From an uncultured Gemmatimonadaceae bacterium (lineage in GTDB: Bacteria; Gemmatimonadota; Gemmatimonadetes; Gemmatimonadales; Gemmatimonadaceae), in contig CAWHHI010000005.1 of the NCBI GenBank assembly GCA_963829055.1, positions 96,001-160,000 on the forward strand: a DNA stretch of 64,000 bases. Reading direction: 5' to 3'. Positions 10,241 to 19,604 of the stretch are shown here, in pieces. The notes below the pieces were generated by a model. The model had not been told where the DNA came from. It saw only the letters and a program-made list of their open reading frames with translations, and did no database searches. Numbering within the stretch: the stretch's first letter is position 1; each line of letters begins with the position of its first letter. The position numbers and the translations under genes are program-made.

Positions 10241-11564
10241 TTACGTCGGGTTGGCGCCCGTCCCCGAGGAACCACCCGTCGTCGAGGTGCCACCGGAACC
10301 GGAGGTCGAGCCGGTCGCCGCGGTAGCGCCGGACGTCGATGCTCCGCCGGTGCCGGCGGACGACGTCGAGCTCCGCGAGCTTCTCCCGCGCGACTCGGAG
10401 CCGCTCCCCGCGTCCGCGCGTCCGCCCTCGCGCTCCGTCCCGCGTGTCACCTCACGGTCGGACATGCTGCTGCCGCTACCACCGCCACCACCACCGCGGT
10501 TCACGCGGATCTGGTTGTGCACCTCCACCACGCCCGAGCACTGCTCCACGATGTCCTCGGCCAGTCGCTTCGCCTGCCGATCATCCACCGTGCCGGTGAG
10601 CGTCACCTCGCCACCTTTCACGCGCACTTCGATCTCGCTCGCGTCGATCTCCGGATGGCGGGTCAGCTGCTCGTTGACCTCCTCCTCGATGCGCTCATCC
10701 GAGCGGCGATAGCCTTTGGGTCCGCGGCCCACGTGCGAGGTGCGACCGCCCTGCCAGCTCTGACTCCCGCGGCCTTGACCGCCATACGAGCCACCGGCGT
10801 AACTCTGCGCTCCCTGTCCGGCGTTCGCGCCACCGCTCGCGCCATACCCGCCGGTTTCTCCGTATCCACCCGAGCGGCCGTATCCGCCGGCGTAGCCCTG
10901 GCCCCATTCGCTTCCGGTATTCGGGCCGAAGCTCGAGCCGCCTTGCTGGCCGCCGTATCCACCCTGTTGACCACCGTACCCACCCTGCTGTCCTCCGCCA
11001 TACTGCTGGCCGCCACCGTACTGGCTGCCTCCGCCGTATCCGCCCTGCTGACCGCCGCCGCCTCTGTTGCCATACCCGCCGTAGTTGCCCTGGCCGCCTC
11101 CGTACCCCTGCGATCCGAAGTTGCCGGGCGAACCGTACTCGCTCTGTGAGCCGAACTGCGCGCCCTCTGGCGACCAGTTGGATCCGCCCTGCGAGGACCC
11201 GCCTTGCGAGCCGTAGTTGCCGTAGCTGCCCTGACCACCAGACTGTCCGCCGCCGTTCCCACCGTAGCCGCCGCCATATCCGCCACCGTACCCGGAATTG
11301 CCGCCGCTTCCGTAATCCTCGCTGCCGCCGCGACCATAGCCGCTGACGTTTCCACCGTAGCCACCTCCCCCTCCCTGCATGCCTCCGCCGTACCCGCCCT
11401 GTCCTTGTTGTCCCTGTCCGCCGCGGCTGCCGTAGCCGCCTTCGTTGCCGTATCCGCCTTGGCTGCCCTGTGCCTGGCGCCTGCCCGCTTTCACGCCACC
11501 CGCGCTGCTGCCCGCTGCGATCGTCGAAGTCGCGTCCGCCTCGTCCAAAATCATCGCGCGCCAT
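10241..11564 (-). CDS. BON-domain protein with long Gly/Gln/Tyr/Ser-rich N-terminus (one frameshift near 11490)
   Basis: GRGPKGYRRSDERIEEEVNEQLTRHPEIDASEIEVRVKGGEVTLTGTVDDR. GGAGGT RBS precedes ATG 11564 (MARDDFGRGG), which is in a different frame from the gene body. Confidence 0.85.
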
Positions 11565-11891
11565 ACCAACTACCTCCGCCCACGTAAACGAGAATTGCGC
11601 CGAGAGGACCCGCCTCTCGCGACGCGTGAGGGATGGCCGAATCGTCTCAAGAAACATTCCTGCGAGCGCCTATTCCTCGGGTATGCGACGTTGCTGGTCC
11701 GTCGCTGATCCACAGGTCAGTCCGGCTACGATGACATCAAACAGGTTCATCGCTGATGCTCGGGGATGACATTTCGCCGTGGCATCCTGCCTAACGCGGC
11801 ACGTGCCACCGCGCGACACCAACCATTTGCGACTTTGTCCTGTCCAACGGTTCAAACTGGTCCTGCCCCGACGCTGTCGATTGGGTAGTAT

Positions 11892-11906
11892 TTCTACATT
11901 GTAGAA
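11892..11906. promoter_or_regulatory. Candidate operator palindrome TTCTACA-T-TGTAGAA
   Basis: Perfect 7-bp arms about 30 bp upstream of the second ADOP permease. Confidence 0.55.
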
Positions 11907-11937
11907 GTCGCACAGCAGAAAACGCCTACGCACCCGC

Positions 11938-14592
11938 ATGCCCCTGCCTGAACCACGCCCATCCGAGCACGCCCTGCCAAGACTCCCGGCCGCCCTGCTG
12001 CGAGCCACGCTCCCGCGCCAGGAACGCGACGAGCTGATGGCAGACCTCGCGGCGGAATTCGCCGGGCACACGATGCAGCGAGGGCCGGCGGCAGCACGAC
12101 GATGGCTGTGGCGACAGGCACTTCACTCCACGCCTTCGTTATTCGCCTGGCAATGGTGGCGCGGTTGGACCGGCTTCGAACCGCGCGCGAACGTCTATCG
12201 GCCCGGAGGGCCCATGCTGAGAACCTGGATCACGGACGCCATGTACGCCGCGCGCCGCCTGCGCGCACGCCCCGGCTTCACTCTCCTGTCGGTGCTCACG
12301 CTCGCCCTGGGCGTCGGCGGCACGGCGGCCGTCTTCGGCATCGCCCGCCCGCTCATCTTCGACCCACTGCCGTATGCGAACGCCGACGAGGTCGGCACGT
12401 TCTGGATGACCGGCAGCTGGAACGAGGAGGAGTTCGTGACGCTGCGCGGGAAGATCCCGGGCTTCCAGCTGGTCGCGAGCTATCGGCCGACCGACGTCAC
12501 GATGCGCACCGGCGACGGACCCACGCGGCTCATTCCCGGCATCGGCACCTCGGCCGAACTGTTCGACGTGCTTGGCGCGCGTCCGCTGATCGGTCGCGGC
12601 TTTCGCGCCGGCGACGACGCGATCGGCGCCGAGCCGGTCGCCGTCATCAGCTACGGACTGTGGAAGGATCTCGGCGGGAATCCGTCGATCCTCGGCACCC
12701 GCCTGACGCTCGATGGCTCACCGCGCACAGTGGTCGGCGTGATGCCGCGCGGCTTCTGGTTCCCGGACCCCACCATTCGCATCTGGATCGCGCGGGCGCT
12801 CAACCCCGAGGGTCATAACGGGAGCTGGACGCTCGTCGGTCGTGTCGCGCCGGGTGTCTCGGTGGAACGCGTCGAGCCGTACGTCGCGCAACTCACGAAG
12901 ATGCTCGGCGAGCGGTGGAAGTACGACGAGAAGTGGGACAAGACTCGCAACGCGTTCGTGACGCCGCTCCGATCCAACCTGCTCGGATCGCTGCGTCCGG
13001 CGCTCGCCGCGACGTTCGTGGCGATGGCGTTGATCCTGTTGATCGCGTGCGCGAACGTCGCCGCGCTGATGCTCGGCCAGGTGGAAGGGCGAACCACGGA
13101 GCTCGCTGTCCGTTCGGCGTTAGGCGCCACGCGGAGACGTCTCACGCAGCAGCTCGTCGTCGAGGCGGTGCTCATCGGCCTGGGAGCGGGACTCGCCGGC
13201 GCCGCGTTGGCGGCCGTGGGATTTCGCGTCCTCGCATCGGCACTCCCGCTCGGTGCGTGGGCCGAGAGTGCAGGGTTCGACTGGACGATGTTTCTCGTCG
13301 CGCTCGGGATCGCCATCCTGGCGGTGTTGCTCGTCGTGCTCGTTCCGCTTACCGCACTCTCACGTGGCGACCTGCGACTCGCGCTCGGCGGCGGCCGCAC
13401 GGGCGGAATTCAGGGCCGAGGGGGGCGTATCGAGCGCGGTCTCGTGGTGGCGGAAGTCGCGCTCGCGATGCTCATCGCATCGGGTGCCGCGCTGCTCGTG
13501 CGCAGCGTCACGAACCTGTACGCGATAGATCCGGGCCTCGAGGCGGAGGGCGTCGCGGTCATCAAGGTCGTGCCGAGCGCGGAGCTGACGGCCGTGCAAC
13601 GTCGTCAGGCGATCGATGAGATGAATGCGGCACTGAGCGAGCTGTCCGGCGTGAAGTCGGCGGCGGCGGTGATGAGACTCCCGCTCGGCGGCGGCGGTGA
13701 CAGCTTCGGCGTGACGATACAGGGGCGGCCGGACATGAAGGAGACGGGCACGTATTTCCGCATCGTCACGCGCGGGTACTTCGAGACGATGGGCATCCGG
13801 CTGCGCGATGGCCGCACGTTCAACACGTCGGATCGGCTGGACGGCGGCGAGATGCCGATCATCGTGAACGACGCGTTCGTGAAGGCGTTCTTCCCGGGCG
13901 AGAACCCGTTAGGCCGAGTGGTGGGCGGTGGGTTCAACGCACCGCAGCGGATCATTGGCGTCGTCGCGAACGTCGCCGAAGGGAAGCTGACCGACGAGCC
14001 CGAGCCGGTGCGCTACTTCGTGTCCGGCGTGGCGCCGTGGTTCTCGCCGAGCGCCGCGCTGGTGATCCGGACCGCGCGCGCCGGGGATGCCGCGACGGTG
14101 CTGGACGCCGCGCGGCGCACCGTGCAGCGGGTGGCGCCGAACTTCGCGATCCAGGAGACCACGACGATGTCGCGGATACTGGACACCGCGGTCGGCCCGG
14201 CGCGACAGGTCATGTCGCTGTTGTCGCTGCTGTCGGGTCTCGCGCTGGTGCTGGGAGCGATCGGGATCTACGGCGTCATCTCGCACTTCGCGTCGCGTCG
14301 CAAGCGCGACTGGGCGATCCGTGTCGCGTTAGGTCTTCCCGGCACGCACGTGATCGGACACGTCGTGAGGCAGGGTCTGGTGCTGGTGGTGATCGGCGTG
14401 GCGTTAGGCGCCGTCGGGACGATCGCGCTCACGCGACTGTTGACGTCGTTCCTGTTCGGTGTGAAGCCGGTCGATCCGCTGGCATTCGCGGCGGCGAGCG
14501 CGGCGCTGCTCGTGATCGGCGTGGTGGCGGCGTTCGTCCCGGCGTGGCGGGCGGGAATGGTGGATCCGGCGCTGGCGCTGCGGGAACAGTAG
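11938..14592 (+). CDS. ADOP-family duplicated ABC permease
   Basis: PRLPAALLR...DELMADL prefix, LLIACANVAAL, ELAVRSALGA and WAIRVALG; 884 aa. Confidence 0.92.
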   Translation: MPLPEPRPSEHALPRLPAALLRATLPRQERDELMADLAAEFAGHTMQRGPAAARRWLWRQALHSTPSLFAWQWWRGWTGFEPRANVYRPGGPMLRTWITDAMYAARRLRARPGFTLLSVLTLALGVGGTAAVFGIARPLIFDPLPYANADEVGTFWMTGSWNEEEFVTLRGKIPGFQLVASYRPTDVTMRTGDGPTRLIPGIGTSAELFDVLGARPLIGRGFRAGDDAIGAEPVAVISYGLWKDLGGNPSILGTRLTLDGSPRTVVGVMPRGFWFPDPTIRIWIARALNPEGHNGSWTLVGRVAPGVSVERVEPYVAQLTKMLGERWKYDEKWDKTRNAFVTPLRSNLLGSLRPALAATFVAMALILLIACANVAALMLGQVEGRTTELAVRSALGATRRRLTQQLVVEAVLIGLGAGLAGAALAAVGFRVLASALPLGAWAESAGFDWTMFLVALGIAILAVLLVVLVPLTALSRGDLRLALGGGRTGGIQGRGGRIERGLVVAEVALAMLIASGAALLVRSVTNLYAIDPGLEAEGVAVIKVVPSAELTAVQRRQAIDEMNAALSELSGVKSAAAVMRLPLGGGGDSFGVTIQGRPDMKETGTYFRIVTRGYFETMGIRLRDGRTFNTSDRLDGGEMPIIVNDAFVKAFFPGENPLGRVVGGGFNAPQRIIGVVANVAEGKLTDEPEPVRYFVSGVAPWFSPSAALVIRTARAGDAATVLDAARRTVQRVAPNFAIQETTTMSRILDTAVGPARQVMSLLSLLSGLALVLGAIGIYGVISHFASRRKRDWAIRVALGLPGTHVIGHVVRQGLVLVVIGVALGAVGTIALTRLLTSFLFGVKPVDPLAFAAASAALLVIGVVAAFVPAWRAGMVDPALALREQ

Positions 14593-14597
14593 CGGAA

Positions 14598-14780
14598 ACG
14601 GGGACGGAGGGCGGAGGGCGGAGGCAGGACGGAGCGGTGTCATCCCGAGCGACAGCGAGGGATCTTCTGCGAACGTCTCGTGGCAAATCTGGCCACGATG
14701 ACGTTCGAGAAGATCCCTCGCTGACGCTCGGGATGACACCGCTCCGTCCGTCCCGCCGTCCGCCCTCCGCCGTCCGGCTC
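14598..14780. repeat. Family A palindromic element (14639-14737) nested in GGCGGAG/CTCCGCC arms
   Basis: Same termini as the other copies; arms ggacggagcggtgtc and gacaccgctccgtcc are complementary. Confidence 0.9.
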
Positions 14781-14784
14781 CTCC

Positions 14785-15495
14785 CTATTCCCCCGTATCA
14801 GACGTCGACGCCGCCACCGGCTTCGATTGCGCCGAGCCCCGTTGACGGAGCCAGATCGAGATCACGACCAGTACGCCGACGGAGAAGAACTCACTCTGCC
14901 AATTCTCGAACGACTCGAACCAGAAGCGGCTCGTCCCGATGTAGCCCAGGGCCGATACCGTCGCGCCGCCGTGCTGCTGCTGTCCCTCGTTGTACGCCAT
15001 CGAGCCGCCGATGGCGTGGCCAACGAACGCGACGAGGAACATTAACAGCAGCACGGTGCCTAACGAGCGCTGGTACATGGCCAGCCACACGCCACCCCGT
15101 CGTACCGGCCACGGCGCGTCCGGGTCGTCCCGCGCCTCACGCGGATCCTGATCGACGGCGTCGGGCTCTTCGATCGTCTTGGACTCGGATGATCCCCGCT
15201 GGTACAGAAAGGATGTGAGGAGCACGAAGAGTCCCATCTGCAGGAACTCCGACTCCATGTTTTCGGACGTCGCCTCGATGAAGTGGCCACTTCGCAGGTA
15301 CGTCGCGAGACCGACACTCGGCTGCCCGTGCCCGCGCTGGTCCTCGTTGTACGTGCGATGACCCGCGACGATCTGGCCGGCGAACGACACGGCGAAGAAT
15401 GCGAACGCCGCAATGCTGAGCCCGTTTTCGAAGAGGAATCTTCCAATTTTTCCGCGTCTGCGGAGCGACTCGGTACGCAACGCCGCCGCTCTCAT
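14785..15495 (-). CDS. DUF6766 family membrane protein
   Basis: ENGLSI, EN.ESEFLQMG, LYQRGSSESK, APWPVRRGG, FWFESFENWQSEF and LRQRGSAQSKPV. Start uncertain. Confidence 0.8.
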   Translation of the reverse strand: MRAAALRTESLRRRGKIGRFLFENGLSIAAFAFFAVSFAGQIVAGHRTYNEDQRGHGQPSVGLATYLRSGHFIEATSENMESEFLQMGLFVLLTSFLYQRGSSESKTIEEPDAVDQDPREARDDPDAPWPVRRGGVWLAMYQRSLGTVLLLMFLVAFVGHAIGGSMAYNEGQQQHGGATVSALGYIGTSRFWFESFENWQSEFFSVGVLVVISIWLRQRGSAQSKPVAASTSDTGE

Positions 15496-15722
15496 CGCGG
15501 ACGGCGAACCGGCTCGCTCATGTTCGTCACGCTCGGCGCGGTCACGCGCTCGCTCTACCGCTTCCACGTTTCGCTCACGCACGCTCGGTGACACGAGTCC
15601 TCCTCCAGCGTTTATGTGATCGAGCTCGTGCCGCCGAAAGGCAAGTCGTGTTCCGGCTCTGCCGTGTGGACGGCCGACGTATGCGCTCCGGCTGCCGCTT
15701 GTCCGCGCGCCGAGCGCGGCGG

Positions 15723-15858
15723 TATACTCGGGCAGCGCGCCGAGCAGGGCGCGTCCCGTCCGCGGAAAGGGCCGCGCCCACCTGCCTGAGCGAAGAGGTT
15801 CGACGCACGACCTCTTTCTGCCCGTTCTGCGGACGCCGGGCGTATCGAAGGAGGTCGC
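15723..15858 (+). promoter_or_regulatory. Putative -10 box plus structured 5' leader RNA of the ankyrin gene
   Basis: TATACT at 15723-15728, several nested stems and GAAGGAGGT SD (see findings). Confidence 0.5.
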
Positions 15859-17433
15859 ATGTCCGGTCCCACCCCGCCGCGCGCCGCGCGGTCGCTCCCG
15901 GCTACGCCGAATCTGGAGCAGCAGAAGAAGCAGGCGCGCGAGCTGCTCGACGCCGCGCGTAGCCGGACGCGCGCCGCGCTCGCGCGATTCCGTGTTCACC
16001 CGCGGCTCGCCGCGTTCTCCGATGACGAGCTCCGCACACGCCCGTTCTCGCTGCACGAGGCGCAGCTCGTCCTCGCGCGCGAGTACGGCTTCGCGACCTG
16101 GGCAAGGCTCAAGGCGCACATCAATGATGGCGGTGGCGCTCGCCACACACGGCCGTTCGTGCGCGAGCTGTCGTATTACGACGATCGCGCGCGGGGGCTG
16201 CTCACGATCGTGCCGGACGGTGTGCCGAGCGCGCTCGAGCAGGTGCGGGCGTGGCATCCGCGCTTTGCGGACGCGTCGGACGACGACATCCGTGCCGCCG
16301 GCCTCACGATGGACGATACGCGACTCGTCTACGCTCGGCAGCACGGCTTCGCGAGCTGGGATGCGTTAGGCGCTCACCTCGCGGACGTCGCCGCCGGCGG
16401 CACGCCGGATCCGTTCATGGCGGCCTTCGAGGCGGGCAAGGCGCGAGACTGGGCGCGGGTGCGTGCGCTGCTCGCCGACCATCCGGAGTTGGTGCGGGCT
16501 CGCGGCACGAACGGCAACACGCTGCTCGGGCTGGCCGGGAGCCTCGTGGCCTGCCCGGCACCTAACGCGGTTGCGTCGGAGCCTGCGGCCGACGTGGCGA
16601 AGCGCCTGGCGCCGCTCGCGCTGCTGCTGTCGGCTGGCGCCGACGTCAACCAGGCGAATGACCGTGGCTGGACGCCACTGCATCAGGCCGGGTACCGGAA
16701 TGACTCCGCAATGGCGGCGATGCTCCTCGCCGCGGGCGCGCGCGTCGACGTCGAGGCGCATGGTGCTGGAGGCACGCCGCTCGCGGCGGCGCTGTTCTGG
16801 GGTCATCGCGAGACGGCCGAACTACTGGCAGCAGCGGGGATCCATCCGCGCAATCTGCGGGTCGCCGCCGGGCTGGGTCGCGCTGATCTCGTCCGCGAGT
16901 GCTTCACGGCGGGTGGCCACCTAACGCCGCAGGCAATGTTGGGGCGCGGTTTCTACCGACCACACAGCGGCTTCCCGACGTGGCGCGCGTCGGACGATCC
17001 GCAGGAGGTCCTCGACGAGGCGCTCGTGTGGGCTGCCATGAGCGATCGCGTCGATGTGCTGCCGCTACTCGTCGAGCGCGGTGCCCGCGTGAGCGCGGAT
17101 CCGTATCGGGGCACGCCGCTCGTGCGCGCGGCGTCGACGGGTCGTGTCGCTACGGTCGGATGGCTGCTCGATCATGGCGCTGACGTGAACCAGCGCTCGA
17201 CGTACGGCGGCCCGCACCACGGGTTGGACGTGACCGCGTTGCACATCGCGGCGCAGAATGACCATGTGGACGTCGTCCGGCTGCTCGTGGAGCGTGGCGC
17301 GGACCTCGAGGCTCGCGACGCGCTCTACGGGGGTACGCCGGCGCGCTGGGCGGAGCACGACCGGGCGATGAGGGCGCTCGCGTTCTTGTCATCCCGAGCC
17401 GCCAGCGACGGAGCCCCTGTGAGGTCATCGTAG
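15859..17433 (+). CDS. Ankyrin-repeat protein with N-terminal PNLEQ.KKQA / AREYGF..W domain (partly duplicated)
   Basis: GWTPLHQA, GTPLAAA, GTPLVRAA and VTALHIAA repeats; second copy ARQHGFASW. The stop codon lies inside a repeat element. Confidence 0.88.
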   Translation: MSGPTPPRAARSLPATPNLEQQKKQARELLDAARSRTRAALARFRVHPRLAAFSDDELRTRPFSLHEAQLVLAREYGFATWARLKAHINDGGGARHTRPFVRELSYYDDRARGLLTIVPDGVPSALEQVRAWHPRFADASDDDIRAAGLTMDDTRLVYARQHGFASWDALGAHLADVAAGGTPDPFMAAFEAGKARDWARVRALLADHPELVRARGTNGNTLLGLAGSLVACPAPNAVASEPAADVAKRLAPLALLLSAGADVNQANDRGWTPLHQAGYRNDSAMAAMLLAAGARVDVEAHGAGGTPLAAALFWGHRETAELLAAAGIHPRNLRVAAGLGRADLVRECFTAGGHLTPQAMLGRGFYRPHSGFPTWRASDDPQEVLDEALVWAAMSDRVDVLPLLVERGARVSADPYRGTPLVRAASTGRVATVGWLLDHGADVNQRSTYGGPHHGLDVTALHIAAQNDHVDVVRLLVERGADLEARDALYGGTPARWAEHDRAMRALAFLSSRAASDGAPVRSS

Positions 17434-17467
17434 CCGGTCTCGCGCGAGCTGCTCACAGTAGTGCGCG
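17385..17467 (+). repeat. Half family A element, inverted partner of 21658-21740
   Basis: 17417-17467 matches the reverse complement of 21658-21708 at 50/51 nt. Confidence 0.85.
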
Positions 17468-17678
17468 CCGTCGGACCGGCCACACGAGCATCAAAGAAGG
17501 TCGCTCGCGGACGCTCGCGATAACGACCACAATTGTCGCGCGTCCAAACCTCCGACGCGTTCCGGCTGTCTCCAACGTTGGCGGCAGCGGCAGCGTTGCA
17601 GTTGTTACGCTGATGGCCTTCGGTAGTTCTCGATGGGCGTCAGGCGCCACCTGGTAGACACCCCTCGCCGCCGCAATC

Positions 17679-19579
17679 ATGCCTCGGCTCCGTTCAATCG
17701 CTTCCTTCTGCGTAGTTCTCGCCGCGACCGCGCTCGCGATCACCGTGCGCGGTCGACTCATGGCACCGGACTCGGAGGTTCGGCACTCCGTGACCGTCAC
17801 GGCAGCCATCGCGCATGACGTGTCACAGCCGCTCGACGGCAGCACGGCGTCATCGCTCAGCGGCCACGACCAGACCGCGGACACCGATGGCGACGCGCCC
17901 GATCCAGTCGACGGATCGCACCCGGCATTGCGCGCCGAGCCTAACGACCGTGAACACGAAGAGGTGGCGGCGACCCTGCCGACGATGAGCGTGCCCGCCG
18001 GGTCAGCCGACGTCGAGCAGACGACGTTCGGGACGAAACCGCCGGCGACGCTCGTCGCGAGCTTCGACGGGCTCGGCGTCGGCTTCAGCGGGACCGCAGG
18101 GCACCGCGAATCTCCGCAATCCGTCGGACAACACGCTCGCCGTCGGGCCGAACCACATCGTGCAGATCGTGAACACGCGCATGGCGATCTTCACGAAGAA
18201 AGGGCAAGCAGTACGACACGACCGGGCTCGTGCTGTACGGCCCGGGCGAGACGCGCAACGTGTTCAAGGGCTTCGGCGGCGGGTGCGAGGCGCGCAACAA
18301 CGGCGACGCCGTCGTGCGCTACGACCAGCTCGCGGATCGCTGGCTGATCGTCATGCCGATCTTCGCCGGCTTCCCGTTCGGCAGGACGCACCGCCGGCCG
18401 AGCAAGGCGGGCGAGCCGGCGACAGCCGAGCGTGCGCGGGCAGCCCGGGCAGCCCGGGTGCGGCAGCGCGGCTGTTCGAGCCGCCGCCACCGCCGCCCGG
18501 ACAGCGCGCGGCCCGCTGGCCAGCGTCCGCCGCGGCCAGCGACCGCCGCCGGATTCAGGGGTCTACGCGATGTGCTACGCGGTGAGCACCGGCGCCGACC
18601 CGTTCGGCCCCTACTACCGATACGAGTTCGTGCGGCCGCTCTTCCCGGACTATCCGCGCCCGGCGGTCTGGCCCGACGGCTACTACGTGCCGACCAGCAC
18701 CGGCGACGAGGTCATTCAGAAGCACGCGTGCGTCGTCGATCGCGCGAGCATGCTCGAAGGGCGAGGACGCGACCGAGCAGTGCGTCATCATCGACGACGT
18801 GAACTTCCTGAACAACGCGGATCTCGACGGCAAGCAGCTTCCGCCCAAGGGCGCGCCGAACATCATGATGGCCGCTGGCGGAACGCAGCTGAAGAAGGTG
18901 CTGGAGGACGACGGCATCTACGTCTGGAAGTTCCACGTCGACTGGAAGAATCCGTCGAAGACGAAGGTCGACGGGCCCGACGAAGATCGCCGTCGCGCCG
19001 TACCACTATCTGTGCGACGGGCAGCTGACGAACTGCGTGCCGCAGCCGGGCACCGAGCGGCGGCTCGACGCGCAGGGCGACAAGATCATGGCGCGGCTCG
19101 TCTATCGCCGCATCGGCAATCAGCGAGTCGATCGTCGCCGTGCACTCGGTGAACACGGCGAGCGGCGGCGGCGGCGTGCGCTGGTACGAGTTCCGGGTCG
19201 ACAAGCGGCGGAACGTCTCGCTCTACCAGCAGGGCACGTACGCGCCCGAGGGCTTCTACCGCTGGATGGCGAGCCCGGCGATGGACAGGCACGGGCAACA
19301 TCGGCATCGGCTACTCGTTCGGCGGGACGCCGCACTTCGCCGGCCAGCGCTTCGCCGGCCGGCTCGCGAACGATCCGAAGGGGACGCTGACGTTAGGCGA
19401 GACGGTGCTCGTCGAGGGCGAGGCGGCGCAGACGAACGACGCTGCGCTGGGAGGACTACACGCAGACGGCGGTCGACCCGAGCGACGACTGCACGATCTG
19501 GTACGTCGGCGACTACTTCAAGAAGGACGCGACGAACTACTCGACGCGGATCGGTGCGGTTCGAATGCCGGGGTGTTGA
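17679..19579 (+). CDS. Secreted hypothetical protein (probable beta-rich fold), many frameshifts
   Basis: Joining frames gives a signal peptide, NPSDNTLAVGPNHIVQIVN, GDAVVRYDQLADRW, FPDYPRPAVWPDGYY, GVRWYEF and RWEDY..TAVDPSDDCTIWYVGDY. Confidence 0.7.
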
Positions 19580-19604
19580 TCGGGAATCGGGAATCGGGAA
19601 TCGC

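Noticed and set aside
15793..15816. tRNA suggested by GGTTCGA
   Set aside because: No cloverleaf, anticodon arm or acceptor stem; kept only as part of the leader candidate.
14785..16344. Long alternative ORFs (e.g. 519-aa 14785-16344, 500-aa 40564-42066, 405-aa 52850-54067)
   Set aside because: Antisense or extension shadows typical of high-GC DNA; they overlap better-supported genes.
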